Positions 10,726 through 19,600 of a stretch of DNA of 64,000 nucleotides are shown one piece after another. The notes under the pieces were generated by a model. The model was not told where the DNA came from, did no database searches, and saw only the letters and a program-made list of their open reading frames with translations. The first letter of the stretch is position 1. Each line of letters starts with the position of its first letter. This DNA comes from Actinomycetes bacterium. Its GTDB lineage: Bacteria; Actinomycetota; Actinomycetes; JBOGEN01. The position numbers and the translations under genes were made by a program. The stretch spans positions 16,907 to 80,906 of the forward strand of contig JBOGEN010000203.1 in assembly GCA_050743265.1 (NCBI GenBank). Reading direction: 5' to 3'.

Positions 10726-11897
10726 GCGCCTTGGCGGCACGACTGCGTGTACCGCGCGAGGACGACTTCCGCTCGCGGCTGCGTGACGAGCGGGTCTCGG
10801 CACGCATCGGGCTGTGGCTCGGTCTCGCGTTCGCCGTCTGCTTCGCCAGCGGCCTGCTCAGCCACGGCGCGCAGCACCCGCCTGCCTGGTTCAGCTGGCC
10901 GACCCGCCCGGTCGGCCTGTACCGCGTGACCCAGGGTCTGCACGTCCTCACCGGCATCGCGGCGATCCCGCTGCTGCTCGCGAAGCTCTACAGCGTCTAC
11001 CCGCGGCTGTTCGTGTGGCCGCCCGTCCGCTCGCCCGTCCACGCGCTGGAGCGCCTCTCGGTCCTCGTGCTCATGGGGGCCGCGTTCTTCCAGCTCGTCA
11101 CCGGGGTGCTCAACGTCGCCCAGTGGTACGCGTTCGGCTTCCCGTTCCCGAGCACGCACTTCGCGGTCGCCTGGGTGGCCGTGGGCGCGATCGTCGTCCA
11201 CGTGGGGGTGAAGCTGCCCGTCATCCGACGCGCCCTCGGGACGCCGCTGGAGGTCGAACCGGTCGCGGACGGCAGACCGCCAGGCGTGCCCCGGGCCGGA
11301 GTGGTGTCCCGTCGGACCTTCCTCTCCGGCACCGGGCTCGCAGCAGGTGCGGCTGTCGTCGCCACCGCGGGGATGGCCGTGCCGTGGCTGCGAGACGTCT
11401 CCGTGCTCGCCGTCCGCTCGGGCGACGGCCCGCAAGGGCTGCCGGTGAACACGTCCGCGGCCGCGGCCGGGGTGACGCCGCGAGCCACTGGCCCGGCCTA
11501 CCGACTCGGCCTGTCCGGGCCGGACGGGGAGCGGCGGCTCACACTCGAGGACCTGCGGGCGATGCGTCAGCACCGGGTAACCCTGCCGATCTCCTGCGTC
11601 GAGGGGTGGAGCGCGTCCGGGGACTGGTCCGGGCTTCGGGTCGCCGACCTCGTCCGGCTCGTGGGCGGCAGTCCCGAGGCGGACGTCCGGTTCACCTCGC
11701 TCGAGCGGGGCGGTGCGTGGAGTCAGAGCGTGCTGCCCGCCGCGCACGCGCGTGACCCGCTGACCCTGCTCGCGCTGCGCCTCAACGGCGAGGTCCTGCA
11801 CCCCGACCACGGGTTCCCCTGCCGGCTCATCGCGCCCAGCCGTCCCGGCGTGCTGCAGACGAAATGGGTGCACCGGGTGGAGGTGCTGAAGGCATGA
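10698..11897 (+). CDS. membrane-anchored molybdopterin oxidoreductase (sulfite oxidase / MsrP family Moco domain fused to an N-terminal 4-TM His-rich domain)
   Basis: N-terminal TM helices carry conserved His residues and are followed by the Tat-like RRTFLSGTGLAAGAA. The Moco domain then shows the Cys ligand context ISCVEGWS. The true start may be the TTG near 10731, because 10698 overlaps the methyltransferase by 28 nt. Confidence 0.7.
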   Translation: MGRRPGEGLSALAARLRVPREDDFRSRLRDERVSARIGLWLGLAFAVCFASGLLSHGAQHPPAWFSWPTRPVGLYRVTQGLHVLTGIAAIPLLLAKLYSVYPRLFVWPPVRSPVHALERLSVLVLMGAAFFQLVTGVLNVAQWYAFGFPFPSTHFAVAWVAVGAIVVHVGVKLPVIRRALGTPLEVEPVADGRPPGVPRAGVVSRRTFLSGTGLAAGAAVVATAGMAVPWLRDVSVLAVRSGDGPQGLPVNTSAAAAGVTPRATGPAYRLGLSGPDGERRLTLEDLRAMRQHRVTLPISCVEGWSASGDWSGLRVADLVRLVGGSPEADVRFTSLERGGAWSQSVLPAAHARDPLTLLALRLNGEVLHPDHGFPCRLIAPSRPGVLQTKWVHRVEVLKA

Positions 11898-12304
11898 CTG
11901 CCGTTCGTGCGCTGCTCGTCCTCGCCGGAGCGGCGGCCATCGGGTACGGCATGCTGCACCTGCTCGACGACCCAGGGGGCCTGGCGCACGTCGCGCCCTG
12001 GTACGTCCTCCCCGTCCTCGTCCACGACGTGCTGCTCGCCCCCGCGGCTGCCGTCGTCGGGTGGCTGGGCGCGCGGCTGCTCCCGGCACGCGTACGCGGC
12101 GTGTTGGGGGTCGGCCTGCTCACGGTCGGTGCCCTGACTGCGCTGACGCTCGTGGCAGTACTCCGCCCCTCGCCGCGCCCGACCACCCTGCTCGACCGTG
12201 ACTATGTCACCGGGTACGCCGTCGCGGTCGCCGCCGTAGCCGCCGGCGTCCTGCTCGGCCTGACCGTCGGAGCGGGCCGACGCCGCCGAGCGCGGGACGG
12301 GTAG
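11894..12304 (+). CDS. small hydrophobic membrane protein (4 TM)
   Basis: Its ATG overlaps the stop of the Moco-enzyme gene in an ATGA arrangement. The sequence is Leu/Ala/Val-rich throughout. Confidence 0.45.
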   Translation: MTAVRALLVLAGAAAIGYGMLHLLDDPGGLAHVAPWYVLPVLVHDVLLAPAAAVVGWLGARLLPARVRGVLGVGLLTVGALTALTLVAVLRPSPRPTTLLDRDYVTGYAVAVAAVAAGVLLGLTVGAGRRRRARDG

Positions 12305-12482
12305 CAGGAGCGTCCCCCGCCTCCCGGTGACGGCGAACATCCTGAACCAGAGGCTCATGAGCGGACCCAGTAGCTGACCAGCGCGGCCAAGGGCCAGCGG
12401 CGGTGAGCGTCTACGGCGAGGCTGGTCCGCCGGCGCGGCGCGTTCATCCACCGTCTGGACCAGATGAAGAGGGTAGGTCTCG

Positions 12483-13550
12483 ATGCCTTCGGTGCTGCCA
12501 AGATGGCTTCTGGACTTTGAAGGGGGACCGGTGCGGGTCTTCGTGAGCTATCGACGCGCGGATGTGGGTGGCTACGCCGGCCGGCTCAGTGATGCCCTGG
12601 TGAGTCGGCTTGGTCCGGACAACGTCTTCTTTGACGTCGCGACGATTCCTGCCGGGCGGGACTACAGCGCCGAGATCGATAGTGCGCTGGCTGCCTCGGA
12701 CGCGACACTCGCCGTCGTCGGCCCGGGGTGGCTGACCGCCGGCGCGCCGGACGGCACCCGACGCCTGGACCAGCCCGGAGACGTGGTGCGCCGGGAGCTG
12801 GCCCGGGCCCTCGCGGCGAACATCCCGGTGGTGCCGGTCCTCCTCGGCGGGGCCACGCTGCCTTCGGAAGACCAGTTGCCCGGTGAGCTGGCCGAGCTGG
12901 CGCTTCGGCAGGCCTTCGTGATCCGCGACGACTCCTTCCACCGTGACGTCGATGGCTTGCTGAACTCGCTTCGCGGTAAGCGCACTGCACCCGTAGGGCG
13001 TCGCCGGCGCTGGCTTGTTGGTGCGGTCGCGGCGGCCCTGTTGGCCCTGCTTGTGGGCACCCTCTGGTTCGTGACCCGCCCCACAAGCAACAGCGACGGT
13101 GCCACCAGCGGAGACCTCACTGGCTGCCCCACGCCTGGATCGACGTGGACATCGGTCAAGCTGGCGGGAAAGCCGTCCCCGCGCATCAAGGACACCGATG
13201 GCTCAGTCGTCATCCAGGTCAACGCGGCACGCTGGCGTCCCTACGGTCCCGGCACCTGGCAGATCGTTCTCAACACTGCGATGGAGAATCACAACTCCAT
13301 CGACCGGCAGCACGGACCCTGGTACTACCGAGACTTCCAGGTAGCCCAGCGAGCGTTCGACGCCACCTGCTTCGACACTCCACGGGAAACCTACCCGGCT
13401 CCGGGGGAGATCGCCGACGGCCACGTCGGGTTCGAGGTCTCCTGCAAACCGACGGGTGCTATGGACCTCGTCTTCAACTCACCCGTCGACAACAGCAGGA
13501 CTCGGCTTCGCATCACGACGGCATCGCGTCCTAGCGATTGTGTGAGCTGA
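12483..13550 (+). CDS. TIR-domain protein with one TM helix and a C-terminal Cys-containing extracytoplasmic domain
   Basis: VRVFVSYRRADV...NVFFDV...VVRRELARAL is a TIR_2-type domain with a conserved Glu. It is followed by RRRWLVGAVAAALLALLVGTLWFV, which is a TM helix, and then about 160 aa containing 4 Cys. An alternative GTG start at 12528 has the RBS GAAGGGGGA. GC is lower than in the flanking genes. Confidence 0.75.
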   Translation: MPSVLPRWLLDFEGGPVRVFVSYRRADVGGYAGRLSDALVSRLGPDNVFFDVATIPAGRDYSAEIDSALAASDATLAVVGPGWLTAGAPDGTRRLDQPGDVVRRELARALAANIPVVPVLLGGATLPSEDQLPGELAELALRQAFVIRDDSFHRDVDGLLNSLRGKRTAPVGRRRRWLVGAVAAALLALLVGTLWFVTRPTSNSDGATSGDLTGCPTPGSTWTSVKLAGKPSPRIKDTDGSVVIQVNAARWRPYGPGTWQIVLNTAMENHNSIDRQHGPWYYRDFQVAQRAFDATCFDTPRETYPAPGEIADGHVGFEVSCKPTGAMDLVFNSPVDNSRTRLRITTASRPSDCVS

Positions 13551-13559
13551 TCCTCAACC

Positions 13560-13578
13560 CGGGCGTTTGAGACGCCCG
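13560..13578. terminator. candidate bidirectional terminator hairpin between the convergent TIR and giant-protein genes
   Basis: CGGGCGT-ttgag-ACGCCCG forms a 7-bp GC-rich stem with a 5-nt loop. It lies in the 83-bp gap between the two stop codons. Confidence 0.4.
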
Positions 13579-13633
13579 ACGAGTGCGATGAGTCGACCTG
13601 TGCGAGGTGTGCGGTCGACCGTCCAGGACGAGA

Positions 13634-16600
13634 CTAGGGAATCACCGTGATCTGGATCTGGTCGGTGGCCATGGCACCCTCCTGGTCGGTCACCGTCACC
13701 GTCGCGGTGTACGTACCGGCTGTCAGGTAGCGGTGGGTGGCCCGCGAGCCCGACCCGGTTCCGCCGTCCCCGAAGTCCCAGGCGTAGCGCAGTTGGGTCT
13801 CCGGACCGTTCGGATCGTCCGCGGTAGCGGCGAACCGCACCCGCAGTGGCGCGCTGCCTGAGGTGACGTTGGCGGTCGCGACCACCGTCGGCGGCGTCCC
13901 GGCGCCCACGGTGATCGTCATCGCGGCCGTTGCCTGCTCCCCCTCGTCGTCGGTGACGAACAGGGTCGCCGTGTAGGTGCCCGGCTCGGTGTAGACGTAC
14001 TTGGGGCTGCGCATTGTCGAGCTCGTGCCGTCGCCGAACCGCCAGTCGTAGGTCAAGGGCCCGCCGTCTGGGTCGATCGCCGTCGGCGTGAAGGTCACCT
14101 CGAGCGGCGCATCGCCCGTCGTCGGATCCGCGGACGCCTGCACGGTCGGGGCACCTGGACCGCTGGTCCGCTCGCCGCAGGTCGCCGACAGCGCCACTCC
14201 GGCGGTGGTCTCGAGGCCGCCGAGCAGCTGGGTGAGGAACTGCTCCTCGACGTAGGACTCCTCGACGTGTCCCATCGCGGTGTACCACGAGCGGCCGCCG
14301 TCGTAGCGGTGGCACCACGTGACCGGATGGTCGTCATCCGTGGTGTTGCCGTCGTCCTCGTCGTACGTCGACTCGTCGATGTTCGCGAGGACGTGGACGT
14401 TTCCGGAACCGCGTGGGCTGAAGTCGGCCTCGCCGACCTCGGCGAAGTCGGGCGACTTGAAGTTGTACCACTCGTCGAGTCGCTCGTAGCCTCTCGGCAG
14501 GTCGGCGACCGACGGGTGCGCGTCGTCCTCCACGCGCACCGACGCGGTCTGGTTCGCCGGGTGGTTGCGGAAGTAGGCACCCACCAGCTTCCCGTACCAC
14601 GTCCAGCTGTACTCCGTGTCGGAGGCCGCATGGATGCCGGTGTAGCCACCGCCGCCACGGATGTACGCCTCGAACGCCGTCTGCTGCTGCGAGTCGAGCA
14701 CGTCGCCCGTCGTCGACAGGAACACCACCGTGTCGTAGTGCGAGAGCACGTCGGACCGGAAGGCCGTCGCGTCCTCGGTGTGGTCGACCTGGAAGCCGTG
14801 TTCGTCGCCCAACTGTTCGATCGCCGCATGGCCCTCGTCGATCGACGAGTGCCGGAACCCTGCCGTCTTGGAGAACGCCAGCGTGCGGAACCTGGCCGCC
14901 TCGTCGTCGGGCTGGAGCACCTGCACGTCGATCGTCCGCGCCACCGTGTCCTCGCCGTCGGACACCCGCACGCGCGGCTCGTACTCCCCTGGCTCGGTGT
15001 AGGTGTGCGTCGGGTTCTGCTGCGTCGAGTCCTCGGTGCCGTCGCCATCGAAGTCCCAGCTGTAGGTCAGCTCGTCCTCGTCCGGGTCCGTCGCCTCGAC
15101 GGTGAAGTCGGCCTCGAGCGGCCCGAAACCTATCGTCGGGTCAGCGCTCGCGGCATCGACCACCGGCGCGCGGTTCTGCGGCCCCTGGCCCGGGCAGCCG
15201 GTGCTGCCGCCGACCGAGAAGTACTCGAAGTGGGCCGTTCCGCCGCCGCTGTTCACGCCGAGCGTGAACAGGCCGAACCGCGGCGCGGCCATCTCGTTCG
15301 GGACGGCTTCGCCGATCGAGGTCCACGTCGTCCCGTCGAAGGAGTACTCGCCGCTGTACGTGGTGCCCGCCTTCGTGAGGCGCAGCGACACGGTTTCGGT
15401 GCCCGCGGGCAACGGTGACAGCTGCGGCTGCGGGTCCTGGACGGCACCGTCCACCTCGGAGCGCAGCTCGATCCGGTTCAGGGCCGTCTGTCCGTCGTCG
15501 GAGATGACGTCGTACTTGACGTAGTTGTCGTCGTCGGCGTACGCGAGCAGGCCAGCCTGCTCGTAGCCACCGCTCAGCTCACCTGCGTCGACGCGGGTCT
15601 CGATCACCCAGTCCGCGCCCGCGTGGTCAGGCGTCTGGAGCAGGAAGTTGCGCGTCGTGGCCGGGTCGCTGTCGGTGTAGATGTCACCGTTGACAGTGGT
15701 GACGTCGAGCGCCCCGTTGGACACGTTGTAGAGGCTCTCGTCCTCACGCACGATCCCGTTCCAGCGCGTCGTGTCGAGGTTCGTGCCGTCGAACTCGTCA
15801 CCGGTGCACCCACACTCGCCGCCCGGCACCTCACCGTTGAGCACGAAGTGGTCGAACGACACCGTGTCGCCCTGCCCGTCGGCCTGCGGCCCGAACGCGA
15901 ACACCCCGAAGTCGGGCGGTGCCATCGGGTTCTCGACCGGTGCCGGGAACGCCGTCCATGTCGCGCCGTCGAACGAGTACTCGCCGGTGTAGCTGGTGCC
16001 GGACTTGGTCAGCCGCAGCCAGTAGTCGGACGTGCCCTCGGGGACATCGACGTTGTCCTGCGGGTTCGCGACCGCCCCGCCGACCTCGGACCGCAGCTCG
16101 ATGCGGTTGATCCGCGTGGAGCCGGCGTCCGAGATCGGATCGAGCTTCACGTAGTTGTCGCCGTCCTGGTAGGCGATCAGGCCGCCCTGGCCGTAGCCGC
16201 CGTTGATCGTGCCTGACATCTTCGTCTCGATCGTCCAGTCGTCATCGGCGTGGCTGGCGTCCTGGAGGACGAAGTTGTTCGGCGGCGGGGTGGTGTCGCC
16301 GGTGTAGATGTCCCCGGGCGATGTGGTGATCGTCAGCTGGCCGTTGGCGACCGTGTACTCGCTCGGGACGTCGCGGACGATCGCGTCCCAGCGCGTCGTG
16401 TCCAGGCTCGAACCGTCGAAGGCGTCGCTGAGGCCGCTGCCGCCACCGCCGCCGGCCGAGTCCGGGTTGAACCGGATCCAGTCGAAATGGGCCACCGGGA
16501 AGGTCGGGGCCTGGTCGGAGAGCGCCACCGGCCCGACCCGTGGGTTGTCGAGCGTTGCCAGCGACGCCGGCCTGCCGACCGGGAGGAACTCCTCGCCGTC

Positions 16601-19600
16601 GAACGAGTAGAAGGCGGTGAGCTGTTGCCCGTCGGAGACGAGCCGGACCCAGTAGGTGAGCGGCGACTGGTCGGGGATGCCGCCCAGCTTGTCCTCGGCC
16701 GCGTTGCGTGGGATGCCTCCGGACTCGTAGATGAACTCGAAGTCACGCGCGCCGCCGGCGTGGATCATGTGCACCGACGCCCAGTTGTCGTCGTCGGAGT
16801 ACACGCGCAGGCCTGCCTGCTGGTAGTTGTCGGTCAGCGGGTCGGTGGTGATCTTCGCGGTCACCTCGGCGGCACCGTCGGGCAGCGGTTGCACGACGAT
16901 GTTGCGGGCGCTCGTGCCCGGCCCGAAGATCGATCCGTTGTCGATCGGGAAGTTCAGGTTGCCGCCTGAGACCGTGGGCGGCCGCGTGTCGTCGGGCCTG
17001 ATCACCGTCCACCGGTTCAGGTCGAGCGCGTCCCCGTCGAACTCGTCGGAGCGCACGCCTGTCGGGCACGTGCCGCCACCGGCCCCGGTGACGCGCACCT
17101 CGGCCGTGGCGGTGCTCTCGCCGCCGTCCGGGTCGGTGACGGTCACGCGGGCCGTGTACGTGCCGGGCTGCTCGTAGGTGTACGTCGGGTTCTGCTCGGT
17201 CGACGTGTCGTCGCCGGTGCCCGCGACGCCGAAGTCCCAGGCGTACGTCAGCGCGCCGCCCTCGGGATCGGTCGCGTCGGCGGTGAGATGGACCGTCAAC
17301 GGCGCCTCACCCGTGGTCGGATCGGCGCTCGCGGTCACCTCGGGCGCGGCCGTGGTGGCAGCCCCCTTGCCGACGAACTGGATCCAGTTGAGGTTCATCA
17401 GCCCGCCCTGGTCCGTGGGGTGGCGGAACACGAAGAACAGCTCGTGCGTACCACCGGGCGGTGTGGTCAGCGGCAGCTCGACGTCGGCCCACGTCTGCCA
17501 GCCGCCGGTGGGCGCGATGGTCGGCGTCTCGGCCACCAGCGGCCCGTCGGGTGCGTCGGCGCGGACCTCGATGGTCCCGCCGGCACCCGCGGAGGCGACG
17601 CGGAACCGCATGCTCGTGATGTCCTTGAGGTTCATCGGGTCGAACGACACGTAGTCACCGTTCTCGATGAAGCCGATGTTCTGCCCTCCGCCGGTGTCCG
17701 TGGTGGTCTCGGTCTGCACACCGGCGTCGCCGCCGCCGACGGCGCCGGGCACGCGGCCGGTCGACGTGAAGAACTCGGCCTGCTGGCGCTTGCGCCGCAG
17801 CAGCGCCTCGGCGCGCCCGGTGATCGCCCCCGCGCCGCCGCCCTGCGCCTGGTCGGTGTAGACGGCCTCGATCACCGTGAACGTGTTCGCCGTCTCACCG
17901 TGGCCGCCCGCGTCGAGGGTCTCGAACGTCCCCGAGCAGCCGGTCTGCTCCGACACCTCGTGCGCGTGCTCGTCGTGACCGAGCGAGATGTTCAGCGTCA
18001 CATCGGCGCAGCTGATCGACCCGTCGGTGGTGCTGCCGTCCTCGGCGTCGGTGACCGTGATCTCGTACGGCACCTCGTCGCCGAACGCGGCGAACTGGCC
18101 GTGCTCCGGGATGTCGATCGTCACCTCGGGCGCGGTGTTGCCGACCACGATCTGCACGTTGTCCACGCCGGTCTGCCCAGCCTGGTCTGTCACGCGCAGC
18201 GACGCGGCGTACGTGCCGGCGGCCGTGTAGGTATGGGTCGGGTTGACCTCGTTCGAGGTCGGCGAGCCGTCGCCGAAGTCCCACTCGTAGGTGAGCGACG
18301 TGCCGTCAGGGTCGACCGAGCCCTCGCTGGAGAAGGTGACCTCGAGCGGCGCCTGCCCGCTCGTCGGCGTGGCCGCGGCGTGCGCGACCGGGCGCCGGCC
18401 GGCACCGACGTAGTCGATCCGGTAGACACCTGAGTCGGCGTTGTTGCCGCCGAAGCCCGAACCCCACTCGATCAGGTACAGGGAGCCGTCCGGACCGAAG
18501 TCGAGGTCCATCGGGCGCTTGTAACATCCGTTCGTGCCGGCGTTCTGCTGGCAGCCGGAAGCGCCCAGGTACGGGAACTGCCGCACGTCGGTGGCGTCAC
18601 CCTCGCCGTCGAGCGTGGCGTGCTTGATCCAGCCGTTGTTCCACTCGCCGAGGAACCACTCGTCGTCGTAGTACTCGGGGAACTGGCTCGGCGGGCCGCT
18701 GGGGTCGTAGTGGTACCGCGGGCCGCCGGTCGGCGCGCCGCCGGTTCCGAGCCCGGGGAACCGGGTGTCGACCTCGGAGTAGCCCATCCACATCGTCGCC
18801 GGGCGGGCGGCCGGGATGTTCGTCAGCCCAGTGCTGTTGGGCGACTCGTTGACCGGGTTGGCGCAGTCGAACGGCGCGCCGTAGGTGATCGGCGTCGTCG
18901 AGAAGTCCGCGTCGTGGTAGGGCGTGTTCTGGCGGACGCAGTACGGCCAGCCATAGTTGCCCGCACTGGTGACCGCGTTGAACTCGACGCTGCCCTGGGG
19001 TCCCTTGCCGGCAACTGTGGCGCCCGCGTCCGGGCCGTAGTCGCCCATCAGCACCCACCCCGTCGCGGGGTCGACGGTGAACCGGAACGGGTTGCGGAAG
19101 CCCATCGCAAAGATCTCCGGCCGGGTGGCCGCGGTCCCGGTCGGGAACAGGTTGCCCGCCGGGATCGTGTACGTCGTACCGGCGCCGGGCTGCGTGCCGG
19201 GCGCGATCGTCTCCATCGGCACGACCCGCAGGAACTTGCCGTTCAGGTTGTCGGTGTTGGCCGCAGTGCGCTGGGAGTCCCACGCCTCGCGCCCCGGGCG
19301 CTCGTCAAGCGGTGCGAAGCCGTCGGAGGCGAAGGGGTTGGTGTTGTCGCCGGTCGAGACGTAGAGGCTGCCATCAGGCCCGAAGTAGAGCGACCCGGAC
19401 GAGTGGCAGCACTCGTCGCGCTGGTGCGTCCAGGTGAGGATGACCTGCTCGGAGTCCATGTCGAGCGAGTTGCCGTTGACCCGGAAGCGCGACACCCGCT
19501 GCTCGAGCGACGACTCAGGCAGCGCGGAGTAGGCGAGGTAGATCCAGCCGCTCTGTTCGAAGTCCGGCGCGAGCTGCATGCCGATCAGGCCGTTCTCCTC

